Origin: Octopus vulgaris
Lineage: Eukaryota
DNA: 64,000 nucleotides
Direction of reading: 5' to 3'
Assembly (NCBI GenBank): GCA_951406725.2
Contig: OX597824.1
Location: 29,202,001-29,266,000, forward strand
Below are positions 15,249 to 29,164 of this stretch, piece by piece (positions within the stretch are counted from its first letter, which is position 1; each line of letters starts with the position of its first letter). Position numbers and translations under genes: made by a program. The notes beneath the pieces were generated by a model that saw only the letters and a program-made list of their open reading frames with translations, was not told where the DNA came from and did no database searches.

Positions 15249-16130
15249 TGTAACAACAGCAGCGGTAGCAGTGACAACAGCAGCAACAGTGATAGCAGCA
15301 GCAGCAGTAGTAGTGGTAGCAACAACAACAACGAAATATACAACAACAGCAGCGGCAACAGCGATGGCAACAACAGAAACAACAATAGCAAAAGCGTTAA
15401 CAGCAACAAAACCAAAACTATCAACATAAACAAGAGCAATAACAACAACAACAACAACGGCAGCAGCAACAACGAGAACATTACCAACAACAAAAAGACG
15501 TTCACAGCAGTAGCAGCGAAAAAGAAGCAACGTTTCTCCGTGGTCCTCAGAAATTGAGATGAAATGTTGACCCAGGCTCGGAAACTGATTAAGTAAGAAC
15601 AAACCTGGGTAAACCTAAATAATCTGTCAGAGGCAATTGAAGCACTGGAGAAAAACGCTACTTTTCAGATGCATCTCAGCAGAGACGAAAAGCGCGGCTT
15701 TAATAGCCCAAGTAGATATTGAAGCGGCGCTGAGGTGTATCACAGATGACACCGAGTACATAACGAGGGGCAAACAATACGGCACCGTTTCGAGGCTGCT
15801 TAAATCAGAAGCGCTCGCTATGAAACATTCAATGACCCATTACAAAGCCAGCAAAGTCACTATATACCCCTCTCACATGGGGAAACGTACAGCGCGTGTC
15901 CGCATCTCTAGAACCCCACCAGGACTTGATATTTGGTGGTTTCTGGGATGCGTAATTATGAAGGGGACGGATACCGTCCCGATAGAGGTGTCAAGAACTG
16001 CCAGGGATGACTGGTCCGGGGTTGACCTGGAAATACTTCTCCAGATCTGGGCCGAAAACATTTTTGAAAAAATCCCAGACCACATCCGACGCCAGAAAGG
16101 GACGGTGATGCATATAATGACTGAAGGCAG
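14780..16130 (+). mobile_element. 5' portion of a non-LTR retrotransposon (Tx1/L1-like ORF1 pseudogene)
   Basis: Unique sequence starts directly after (TTA)n. ATG 15018 opens a low-complexity N-terminus with TFTAVAAKK (similar to the SYAxVA motif). A second frame (15637-) has RVRISRTPPG and IPDHI..HIMTEGR and is cut where a zinc knuckle would be expected. Clade assignment is inference. Confidence 0.55.
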
Positions 16131-16244
16131 AATATTTGCTGTAGGCCATCTTTTATACCAAGGCACAACAATGTATATGATAACACTTACAATCAGCTAA
16201 GATCAGAAGCCACGAAAGCCACTGCCTGGTACTGCATCAGGGCA
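16127..16244 (-). mobile_element. Terminal ~118 bp of the 555-bp element
   Basis: Matches 5492-5610 and ends at the same CATCAGGGCA terminus next to the TAA/TTA repeat. Confidence 0.85.
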
Positions 16245-16264
16245 CTAAATAATAATAATAATAA

Positions 16265-16305
<41 letters not shown>

Positions 16306-16920
16306 TTATCGACCCCGAAAGGAAGAAAGGTAAAGTCCACCTCGGCGGAATTTGAACTCCGAATGTAGTGACGGGCGAAATAACTCTAAGCCTTTCGTCC
16401 AACGTGCTAACGATAATGATTATTATTATCATTATTATTATTATTATTATTATTATTGTATTTCGAAAATTTAATCAGACCTTGAAAAATTGCGGAATAT
16501 ATACATCTATATTTTACATACCTCTCACTTCAAGTAAGTTTATTAATATTTAAACGGACGAAACATAACAGATCATAAAATTTTCATCAGCCTTCTTCTC
16601 GAAATAAAAAAAAAATAATAATAAAATCAAAATCAAAAATATAATTAAAAAAAACAACCATCAGAATTCCTCTTCGGAGATTCTTCACTTTCAACAGAAA
16701 TATAATTAATGAAATATAATGGCATTATTTAAAGGATCTCAGAGAAAATAAGATGTTGAAATATACTGAGTTAATTTACTATAGAGGAAAGTTATTAATT
16801 ATTCTGGAAAACGAAACTAATGGCTAAGCTATGAGGCATATAGACATAAACATTAGATCTTATGGTTTAATAGAATAACTGTTTCTTATGCCTGTCAATA
16901 ACATAAGAGTTATTCTTACA

Positions 16921-16961
16921 TATGCCCATATATATATATACACTTATAAATATATATATAT

Positions 16962-17011
<50 letters not shown>

Positions 17012-17086
17012 GTATGCATATATACATATAAATATATATATATTTATATATATGTATATATATGTATATATTTATATGTATATATA

Positions 17087-17148
<62 letters not shown>

Positions 17149-17157
17149 CACACACAT

Positions 17158-17195
<38 letters not shown>

Positions 17196-17280
17196 GCGTT
17201 TGCGCGTGTGTGTATGTGTCTGTGGGCATGCGAGTGTGTATGAATGGATGTATATGTGCATGTATATGTGCATATATGTA

Positions 17281-17328
<48 letters not shown>

Positions 17329-17380
17329 CATACATACATACATACATACATACATACATACATACATACCTATATATACA
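16921..17380. repeat. (TA)n/(TACA)n compound microsatellite
   Basis: Directly visible. Confidence 0.95.
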
Positions 17381-17511
17381 TACCTTTTACTGGTTTCAGT
17401 GATTAAAGTAGAATATGTTTGTGTGTGTTTGTGTGTGTGTGTACAGATAGAGATGGAGGAACAGATGATAATATGTAAATATTGTATATATGCATATGTA
17501 TTCTTATATAT

Positions 17512-17892
17512 TTCTACTTGTTTCAATCATTTGACTGTGGCCATGCTGGAGTACTATCTTCAAGGATTTTACTAGAAGAACTTATTCTTTGTAAGCCTAG
17601 TACTTATTCTATCGGTCTGATTTGCCGAACGACTAGTTTACGGCGATATGAACGTACCAGCGTTGGTTGTCAAGCGATGGTGGGAGAACAAACACATACA
17701 CACATATACACGCACTTATATGTATATACATACATATATAGACGACGGGATTCTTTCTGTTTCCGTCTACCAAATCCACTCACAAGTCTTTGGTCGGCCC
17801 TAGGTTATATTAGAAGAAACTCGCCGAAAGTGCCACGCAAAGGAACTGAACCCGGAACTATATAGTTTGGAACTAAGCTTCTTACCACACAG
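17512..17892 (-). mobile_element. SINE family B (decayed)
   Basis: Family motifs in reverse complement. Confidence 0.8.
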
Positions 17893-18040
17893 TTTTGTTT
17901 CTTTCTGTGTTCCTTTCTTTAGAAGAACGTAGGCTCGAAACGTCAAAGACTTTTTCACTTCCCGAGCGTTAAACTAATACATCTGTTTGTCGCCTACACC
18001 ACCTGTCTTCGTCTTTTGTCTTTATTTGTGAATTCTCCCC
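17893..18040 (+). mobile_element. Penelope-like element terminal fragment with hammerhead-like motif
   Basis: TCCTTTC.T.GAAGA.CGTAGGCTCGAAACGTCAAAGAC; homologous to the inverted copy at 25877-25977; followed by (TA)n. Confidence 0.55.
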
Positions 18041-18041
18041 C

Positions 18042-18084
<43 letters not shown>

Positions 18085-18164
18085 TATATATATATGTATA
18101 TATATACATATATATATATACACACACACACATCTATTTATGCATATATACATACAAGCTAACC

Positions 18165-18246
<82 letters not shown>

Positions 18247-18300
18247 GTATCTATCTATCTAGACAGGCAGACAGACAGACAGACAGATAGACAGATAGAC

Positions 18301-18347
<47 letters not shown>

Positions 18348-18400
18348 CAGATAGACAAGATTGCATGCATTTTTATGTATAGACACACTCTCAAAGGGAA

Positions 18401-18446
<46 letters not shown>

Positions 18447-19348
18447 GGATGGGGAGGTTGGAAGAGACGCTTGAGTGTCTGTATCTTTGTGTCTGTGCAC
18501 GTGTATCACACACACACACACATCCACACGCACACACATACACATACACATAGTACATGCACACCAACACATATACGCCAACTACTGCGTTTTCCCACAA
18601 GCGTGCATATATATACATACGTATATAAATAAACTAGAGTGTCTGTGCGCGCATGTGTTTGTGCGTGTGTGTGCGTGCGTGCGTGTGTGTGTGTGTGAGT
18701 GTGTGTGTGTGTGTGTGTGAGTGTGTGTTGCGTGTTTGTCCAGTCAGTCATTCTTATACTCTCTGACTTTCAAATTTCATGAGCCACACCTTAATACTCT
18801 GTGTGTGTGTGTATGTGTGTGTGTGTATGTGTGAGTGTGTGTGTGCGTGTGTGTGTGTGTGTTTGTGTGTGCGCGTGTGTGTCTGTGTGTGTGTGCGTGT
18901 GCGTTTATCAGTTAAAATGTGAAAGTCTCCTGTTTAGACTATATCACGAAACACTTAATTCCTTGACCCCTCTATAGATGACCTCACAATTATTTCGGAC
19001 CGGTTAATCCATTAATAACACTCTGCGAGTCTCAATAATTGCAACCCTAGTGATCCTTCAGTCACAGAATCCTAGAAATTCCAGCATCAAAATATTTCGG
19101 ACACTGTCAGCCAACACTTGGTTACTACTGGTCAGAGTTGGTCACTGCTGGTCACTGGTGGTCGGTCAGTGCCGTCACCAATGCTAGTGTTTACTGGGCA
19201 AATTACGTTATTGTCAGTAGAAATGGTAATGTGAAATGTTGGCATCACCGACGGCGTCAAATGTCACAGTTTCCGTTCGGGAGATTCTTGCTGATAAATG
19301 TTGAAAATGACATTAATATGTATGCGTGTACGAGTCTGTTTGTCTGCA

Positions 19349-19509
<161 letters not shown>

Positions 19510-19510
19510 A

Positions 19511-19575
<65 letters not shown>

Positions 19576-19671
19576 GTCTGTCTGTCTATCTATTTGTCTA
19601 TCTGACTGTGTGTCTATTTATCTATCTATTTATCTATCCATCTATCTGTCTGTCTAACTGTCTATCTGTTG

Positions 19672-19717
<46 letters not shown>

Positions 19718-20189
19718 ATTCATCCATCTGTCTGTCTGTCTGTCTTTCACCACTTTCTCTCTCTCCCCCTCTCTCTCTGTCTCTCTCTCTCTATATATAT
19801 ATCTTATTTTAAGTGTATGTATGTGTTTTCCTTTCCTTCTTTACGTCTAAAGTCTGTTATGGTTTGATGAATTGACAATGAAGGTTGTTCCAAACTTGCC
19901 ACTATAACCAGCAATCACAGTTCTAGTTGAAGACTGCCGTGCGTAAATATTCTAAATTATTCGGATACCATTGAGTGGAGCAGAAACAACGAAACGTCTG
20001 GATATGACAGATATTTTAGTGAGGACTATGAGATTAGTGTGAAAACTGAAAGAAAGGAGGAATGGCAGAAGAAAAGTGCGAAGGATGAATGAAACACCTT
20101 ATAAATTATATAGATTTCGAAGTTAGGGATCGAGTCCATACAGCTGACGCTGGAGGAAAATAAAAAAATAATTTCTACTCTAGGCGCAA

Positions 20190-20822
20190 GGCCGGAATTT
20201 TTTTTTTGGGGGGGGCTAGTCAATTAGATCGACCCCAGTACGCAACTGTACTTAATTTGTCGACTCCGAAAGGATGTAAGGCAAAATCGACATCGGCGGA
20301 ATTTGAACTCAGAACGTAAAGATAGACGAAATACCTATTTGTTTACTACCCACAAGGGGCTAAACACAGAGAGGAAAAATTAGGACAGACAAACGGATTA
20401 AGCCGATTATATCGACCCCAGTGTTTAACTGGTACTTATTTAATCGACCCTGAAAGGATGAAAGGCAAAGTCGACCGCAGCGGAATTTGAACTCAGAACG
20501 TAATGGCAGACGAAATACCTATTTCTTTACTACCAGAGAGGACAAACAAGGACAGATAAACGGATTACGTCGATTATATCGACCACAGTGCGTAACTGGT
20601 ACTTATTTATCGATCCCGAAAGTATGAAAGGCAAAGTCGACCTCGGCGGAATTTGAACTCAGAACGAAGCGACAGACGAAATACTTATTTCTTTACTACC
20701 CACAAGGGGCTAAACACAGAGAGGACAAACAAAGACAGACAAGCGGATTAAGTCGATTATATCGACCCCAGTGCGTAACTGGTACTTAATTTATCGACCC
20801 CGAAAGGATGAAAGGTAAAGTT
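20190..20822 (-). mobile_element. SINE family A multimer
   Basis: Three to four tandem units in reverse complement. Confidence 0.85.
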
Positions 20823-21319
20823 GATATTTTGTGTAAGAGGTACATTCGATTAGACCTACCCAATCCCCGAGCCATAGAGAAAGAGAAGTCTTATATATGA
20901 ATACTTGACTTGCTAGGATTAGTAGCCAAACCGTACTCTTAAATCATATCTTATACTATCTCATAAAAGAAAGTAAACTTTGAATAATGTACACCTTTAT
21001 AGAAAGATTTTCTAATAGGTAAGGTCTTTGATCGGTCCTGAGCCGGGGTTAAATAAAATAAAATAAAACAAAACAAAACAAACAGTTAGTATATTATCTT
21101 ATCGGACACGAAATGGTCAAGCGTAATGGCAGCTTCGACTATTAAAGTGAATACGGCAAAATTTTTTAATTGGACCCTCTTTCAGTGTGTGGGTGTGTTG
21201 GGGAAAGATCGTCTGAAGAGATGTGACAGTGCTCGAGATTTTCACATGTCCTTTAATACCATTGAGATCAATGCCTTTGGTCTTAATATTTATCGCTTCC
21301 TTTCATCTTTTTTTGTCTT

Positions 21320-21935
21320 TTATTTGTTTCAGTCATTAGAAACTACAGGATATTCTTGACTAAAATTCTTCAAGTCGAACGAATCGATTCCAGTGCACAA
21401 TATTGTTTTAAGCCTGTTGCGCATTAAGCCTGTTGCGCATTATATCGGTCACGTTGTTGAACCGGGACGTTACGTGTATGGAAACACATCGACATTGGCT
21501 GTTAAGCTGTGGTAGGTGATAAACACAGCCACAAAGATACACACACATAGACACACCTACTTATACACACACACATATACATACATATATATATATATAA
21601 CACATTGGCCTGCTCGCTTAGCCAGTGAGGTGACGTCACTTGAAGGCTAAAACAATGCAAAGCGCATTGTGATCAACATCTGATAGCCTGGTCGGTCACA
21701 GTGATATAACACATACACACACATATATAATACACTCATACACACAGACATGTACAAATATATATAAACACATACGACATGCTTCTTTCAGTTTCCGTCT
21801 ATCAAATCCACTCATGAGATTTTGGTCGATCCGAGGCTATAGTAGAAGTCACTTGCCGAAACTGTCATACAGTGGGACTGAACCTGCAATCATGTGGTTG
21901 GGATGCAAACTTCTTACCTCAAGGCCGCACCTGCA
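21320..21935 (-). mobile_element. SINE family B with a nested family C tail (21603-21706, +)
   Basis: B motifs lie on both sides; the insert matches the reverse complement of 44048-44170. Confidence 0.7.
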
Positions 21936-22428
21936 CCTTTTCAATCAGAATTGGATTACAACTTAAAAATATATATAATGAACAAAGCCAAACAGATCCT
22001 GCTAATTACCTGGTCATTAATTACTTTATCACTCACGGAATGATAAAGAGTGAAGTTGACTTAAGTGATATTTTACTGTTTTATCATTATCGATCTCTTG
22101 ACTATGCTTGATCAATAACATTGGCATCAAAATGCATATTTGGGCGAAAGTATAGTCTACTAAATCGATCCCAGGGCTATATTTGTACTTCGTTATTTCG
22201 ACAACAGGAAGCTGGAAAACAATGCTGCTTCGGGTAGGATTTGAACGCAGAATATTATAAGCTGTAATTAAATAGCAAGAGTTCTACATCACTGAAAGTT
22301 TTTTGCTAACATATCTCTATCTTGCTGAATAATATAATTGCGAAAGCATGTCAAATTAAAATTGATTTGTCAGCAAGTATGCATGCATGTGCGCGCACGT
22401 ACGCACACGCACAACCACACGCATATGC

Positions 22429-22472
<44 letters not shown>

Positions 22473-22714
22473 GTGTGTACATAATTGAGTTATGTGTATG
22501 CGTTTGTGTGTCTGTGTATTTCGATAGGAATATAAACATGAAAACCTCGACACGAGGTCAGAAATTGATCATCATGTATATTTTTTTTATTAGTAACCCT
22601 GTAGATATCAAGATTATCTTTGGACATGAATACGCGTATTGCATATACTGCAATATATATGTATGTGTGTATGGATATATTTACATATGCATATATGTAT
22701 ATACATATATATAC

Positions 22715-22779
<65 letters not shown>

Positions 22780-22891
22780 ATATGTATGTCTATATAGGTG
22801 CAGATGATAGATATGTGCAAATGTATATATAAATATATACATATATGTGTGTGTGTATGCGTACATATGTATTTAAATAGACGTGTGTGTG

Positions 22892-22932
<41 letters not shown>

Positions 22933-23404
22933 ATATAACTATATATATATATATATAAAAGTATGTATAAAAGTATATATATATATGCATGTATGCATAT
23001 ATAAATAAACACAAACGTGAGTATACATACACAAATATATGGTGTTTATCTTAAAAAAATTGTTTACTCTCTTTATAGCGTACATATTAGTTTCTGACAA
23101 AAAAGTATATATTCCATCTATCTATAAACGCATACACACACACACACACGCATACACACAAGCACACAAACACACAAACACACGCACACATGCGCAAACA
23201 CGCCCCACACCGCAAACATGATCGCACGCACGTCGATAAGCACATACATATTAATATTTGTCAATATTCACTGGGGTATGCTCTTTACGCGCTTATATCT
23301 GTCTTTGCGGGGGTTTTTCCATATTGCATTGCTTTAATTAACTAGAGCAACGAATGATCACACTCATGATCATCATCATCATCATCATCATTATTTTTAT
23401 TATT

Positions 23405-23446
<42 letters not shown>

Positions 23447-24279
23447 ACATTGCTCGGTGATTAGACTAGCACCCACTGGTAATAATACAGAAATGGAATT
23501 TTTTTTGTTTGTTTCTTATTTTTTACAGGTGTTGAGTGAATTTTTTTCACCTCCCAATCTTCCACGCGCGTTCCCTTCTTTATTTTTTTCTTCTTTACCC
23601 AAACATATTTTTTCTCCACGGAATCATCAGAGCTTCAGGCAATACGGAATTCCTTAGTGACTGCTTCTAGATACATCTTGATCACTCCTGCATTTCGGTT
23701 TCTTTCTCCCATTAGGTATTATCATTGCTATATGTATTTTTTCTTAATTCTTTATTATTCTTTCCATTCATTCCATCAAACCTTCAATCATTCTTTTTGT
23801 GCATTACTATATACATTATGTTGACGCGTTTTGTTTTATTAATATATTTTCTTAATATATTTTCTTCGGTGTAGTGGAATCTGTTGTTTTCACCTCTCCT
23901 CTTTTATCTCACTGCAAAATATTTATCGACCCACCCACCTAGTCCACCTTCACCTTTGAATGACCCGCCCACCTTTGAATGACCTTGCATTATTAACATC
24001 CTCTTAACCACAGTAATACCATCACCGCTGACACTGCTACCACTTGAAACACTGACGCTGACACCGCTGCATAACAGATAATATTCAACTCCCCCGTAAC
24101 TACACTACCACTACGCCACCATCATATATATATATATATACATACATACATAAGCATGTACGTACGTATGTATGCATGCATGTATATATATCCATATCTA
24201 AATCTATATCAATATATATATATATATATATCAATATATATATATATATACATACACCTATACACACATATATGTATCT

Positions 24280-24544
24280 TTCTTTTATCTTTCTTTTCAT
24301 TGTTTCAGTCAATTGATTACGACCATGCTGGAGCACCGCTTTTAGTCGAACAAATCGACCCGAGGACTTATTCTTTGTAAGCCTGGTACTTATTCAATCG
24401 GTATCTTTTGTTGAACCGCTAAGTTACAGGGACGTAAACACACTAACATCAGTTGTCAGGAGATGGTCCAGTGGCGACAAACACAAATATATACATACAC
24501 ACGCACGCACACACACACATACACACACACACACACACACACAT

Positions 24545-24587
<43 letters not shown>

Positions 24588-24759
24588 CGAAGGGTTTCTT
24601 TCAGTTTTCGTCTGCCAAATCCACTCATAAGTCTTTGCTCAGCCTGAAGCTATAGTAGAAACAAGTGCCCATGGTGCCATGCAGTGGGACTGAACCCGGA
24701 GCCATGTAGCTGAAAAGGAAACCTCTTACCACACAGCCATATATATATATATGTATATA

Positions 24760-24843
<84 letters not shown>

Positions 24844-25227
24844 CTCTTTTACTATTATACTTGTTTCAGTCATTTGACTGCGGACATGCTGGAGCACCGC
24901 CTTTAATCGAGCAACTCGACCCCGGGACTTATTCTTTTTGTAAGCCCAGTACTTATTCTATCTGTCTCTTTTTGCCGAACCGCTAAGTAACGGAGACATA
25001 AACACACCAGCATCGGTTGTCAAGCAATGCTAGGGGGACAAACACAGACACACAAACACACACACGCATATATATACATATATACATATATACGACGGGA
25101 TTCTTTCAGTTTCCGTCTCCCAAATCTACTCACAAGGCTATAGTAGAAGACACTTGCCCAAGGTGCCACGCAGTGGGACTGAACCCAGAACCATGTGCTT
25201 GGTAAACAAGCTACTTACCACACAGCC

Positions 25228-25231
<4 letters not shown>
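24280..25231 (-). mobile_element. Two adjacent SINE family B copies (24280-24740, 24841-25231)
   Basis: Family motifs, separated by (TA)n. Confidence 0.85.
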
Positions 25232-25287
<56 letters not shown>

Positions 25288-25318
25288 TGTGTGTGTGTGT
25301 GTTGTACATACATATGTA

Positions 25319-25615
25319 TCTATATATACAAAGGTGAAAATGTGTGTCAGTTTATCTGTCTGTGTGCATCACTAAATGTCAAGAACTACCCAACCGATTT
25401 CTTTCAAAGTTTTACACATGCCTCACTTGGGATGGATGCAGTGTCATGGGCAAAAGAAATTTCAACTTCATGCCTAATACGAACCTGGAACAATCTCTTA
25501 TATCTTCATTATTACGTTTCAAAAGTGAAACCATTATGTCTCTATTGTTATGTGAGATAGATTCAGTTTAATAGTTTCACTATTAATGCTGGAACTATTA
25601 AACTGACACTATTAT
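25319..25615 (+). mobile_element. Possible Helitron 5' fragment
   Basis: A|TCTATATATACAAAGG start, TCTGTCTGT, and CAACCGATT..TTTACACA as in 918-1301. No CTAG end found. Confidence 0.35.
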
Positions 25616-25734
25616 CTCACATATATATACACGCACACATATATATATATACATATACATGCTTATATATATATATATATATATATACATATGCTTGTAT
25701 GTATATGTATGTATATATACATACATATACATAC

Positions 25735-25785
<51 letters not shown>

Positions 25786-25876
25786 CATAGGCACAGAAGT
25801 GACTGTGTGGTAAGTAGCTTACTTACCAACCACATGGCACCGGGTTCATACATATATGTACATATATATACGTATC

Positions 25877-25977
25877 TAGTGAGGATTTACAAAAAAAAAA
25901 AACGAAAGATGAAGACTCGGGAAGTAAGAAAGTCTTTTACGTTTCGAGCTTACGCTCTTCGACAGAAAGGAACACAG
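25877..25977 (-). mobile_element. Penelope-like terminal fragment with minimal hammerhead-like motif
   Basis: Minus strand reads CTTT-CTGTCGA-A-GAGC-GTAA-GCTC-GAAA-CG-TA-AAAG. Confidence 0.55.
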
Positions 25978-26087
25978 CTATATCAACCCTCAAACTGGAC
26001 AGCACTGCATCATACTAAATATCCCGTCTTGCCCATTTAAAATAATGATACAGTACTGCAATAGTCTGGATTTCAAGGGCCTGCAAT

Positions 26088-26650
26088 TGTGTTCCCACCA
26101 GTTTTTATCATTGGGCAGGTCCAAGTTTTGGCAAATAACTCAGTGAATATATTGTGCTGCTCTATCATGCCTTAGGTGCAACAAGACTGCACATGGAGAA
26201 AACATGATCGACGATTTCATTTTGTTGTATGCATACACGAAATGTTGGGCTATTGCCGTTCTTTAATATGTTGGCCTGGTAGCTCCTTGTAGGTAGGTAT
26301 TGAACTTGGGCTGCTATGATAAACGTTCTGTCTCTGATTTTAAGCCAGAAGACACGAACTATTGATGGGTACGGGCTTTGTCAACATCGGTATTATTAGC
26401 TCTTTTAGGGTATTTGCCAACGAGAAGTTTTGTTTTACTTGCCATTTATCAGTAAGAATATCTAAAACAACAGTTTTAGCACCGGTTTTCATGCGCTTAT
26501 TTTTTTCTGTGCTTGTTTCCAGTACATCTAATTCTGTGATTTGTTGTATTTGGAATTCATTTAGATTTGTTTTTGTTCCATTTAATTATCCAAACTCTCC
26601 GGTATATATTTCCGGTAGAGGTAGTAATGGTATACAGATATACCTCATGA
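26088..26650 (-). pseudogene. R4/Dong-clade ORF relic (post-RT zinc-finger region)
   Basis: SGLKSETE/FIIAAQVQYLPTRSYQANILKNGNSPTFRVC..EIVDHVFSMCSLVAP/RHDRAAQYIH*VICQNL..KNWWEH. This is a decayed CCHC plus RHD motif of RLE-encoding elements. Confidence 0.85.
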
Positions 26651-26912
26651 GTATATAACATCAATTTTTTTTTATCAATGTTGTGGTTGTTGTTTTTGCT
26701 TCCAGCATCAGTGTCGTTGTTGTTATATAGTAGTACTTGATGATGAGGATGATGATGACGACTACGACACTGATGATGATGATGAAGTTGACGATGATGA
26801 TAATGATGATGATGATGATGATAATGATGATGATGATGATTGTGATGATGATGATGACGACGACGATGATGATGATGATGAGGTTCCATCCATCTATCTA
26901 TCTATCTATCTG

Positions 26913-26959
<47 letters not shown>

Positions 26960-26991
26960 CTGTCCCTCTGTCTCTCTCTATATATACACAC

Positions 26992-27032
<41 letters not shown>

Positions 27033-27088
27033 TTAATGTTAATAAATATACATGCATACACACATGCATCTATATACATATAACTATG

Positions 27089-27119
<31 letters not shown>

Positions 27120-29052
27120 GTACATATATTACACATGGTGGTTTGTCCATAATTATTTTCCAAGTCCTCTCATCTCATGTATACCTCCTCCCACCGCTAC
27201 ACTTACTTCGCTCTCTCCTCCTGATTCCTCCTACTAACACTTTTCTCTTATTTCGCCCCATAAATTTCTCTTTATCTTACATGATCTTTGTATCGTTCTT
27301 TACTTATTATTTTTTTGTACATGATTTCTATTTACTTTTTATTATATTTAAAGAAGAACAAAGAGGCCTTGTCGGGGTTGGAGTGGTATGGTTGTAGGGG
27401 TTGACTGACACCACCACCTGATCCTTGAGTGTCTTGAGGGGGTGTTCCATCTATGGCAAGCATTTCGAGTAGGCCCGCGGGTTCCTCGAATCTGCTCCCA
27501 TATTTTGCATGACTAGGTCAAACTACAACTACCACCACCACCACCACCACCACCACCACCACAACTACCGCTACCACCTCTGCCACTGCTGCTGCTGCTA
27601 CTAATCATGATGATGTTGTTGATACTACTACTACTACTATTACGACTACTACTACTACTACTACTACTACTATTGCTACAACAGCACATTATGAGGGACC
27701 TCCACATGGTTGCTCCACCTGCTAGATATAGCAATCAAATTTATCTTCATTTCTATCTGTTTTTCTTCAAACTATGAGAAAAATATACAGACATGACTCC
27801 AACCAACGGTGCTTGCCGTAGATCTCATCCTCAAGCGTCCTAATCAATCAACAGTAAAAATAATACTATCATTAAAGCTGAGAGTAAAGCTAACAGTAAA
27901 GCTGAGGAGATGTCACAATCATTAGTGCGTCGGACAAAATGCTTAGCGACACATTTTCCAACCCTTTAAGTTTCTTATTTTAAATCCAACGTAAGTTACC
28001 TTTGCCTTTCATCCTTTCGTTGTCGATAAAACAAGTACCAGTCAACTACTGAGGTCCATGTTATCGACGTTCCCCTCAACCTCAAAATTGCTGGCCTTAA
28101 CCCCTGCAATGGACCGGCGTCACACTGAGGGGAATGTTATGGACTTTGTTACCTACACGCCATGGAGGCCAGGTAACCGTCTCTATGGGTGCTTGGGCTC
28201 GAGAAAAAAAATATGGTAGCAGGAATAACAAGGGTGGCATTGTTTTAAAGTAGAGTCTTTTACATGGCATTTAGAGAGTAGAAAACCTTTATTTACTGTG
28301 TTTAACCATGTAATACCTAGGGAAAACTCCTTCCAGGGTGTTTAACATCTACAGAAAAGAAGCAAGCGCAATACAAATAAAAATGACTTTTAGCGAACCC
28401 CCAAATGAATGTCAAAGCTGTCTTCAGCAAGATTTGAAATCAGAGCGTAGGGAGACTGAGCAAATAGCACGAAGCATTTTATCAACCACTCCAATGGCTA
28501 AGCCAATTCGTTCTGAATATCAAACACCCTACGATACAGTTGCAATTTTTTTTTTTTTTTAGCCTAAGACCTCATAAGGTCACTTACCTGGTCCCCATGG
28601 CCTGTAAGTAACCGAGATCACAATATCCTTCCTGTACGGGACGCCGGCTCATTGAGAACATTCAGAACCTGAAATTTTGAGGGGTGGATTGAGGGAGAAG
28701 TCGATTATATCGACCCAAGTCTATGGTTGTGACTTTATTTTAACGAACCCAAAGGAATGAAAGGTAGACTTAACCACGGCAGGATTTGAACTCGCAACAG
28801 AAAAATCCAGAAGTGTCGCTCTGCATTTTGTGCGACAAACAAACGATTTTGGCAGCTCGTCGTCTTCACATATTCCATAGTGAACTTATAAACTTCGTTA
28901 ACTGGTATTATGCATGCGATTAGTTGAGAAAAACTCCAATTGCAAGTATATAAAATATGAAATTAAAGATGAAGGGAGTTAATTCCAATAATATTAGCTA
29001 ACTGAAAACGTTCAGAAAATAAACATAGTGAATGAATGAGTAGTAGTAGTAA

Positions 29053-29114
<62 letters not shown>

Positions 29115-29164
29115 ATAGTAGTATCTTTGATGTAGCATGACTATGATAAATACCAAACATCCCG

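Noticed and set aside
22595-22620. ACCCTGTAGAT resembling the start of miR-10
   Set aside because: The match stops after ~11 nt and no hairpin partner is evident.
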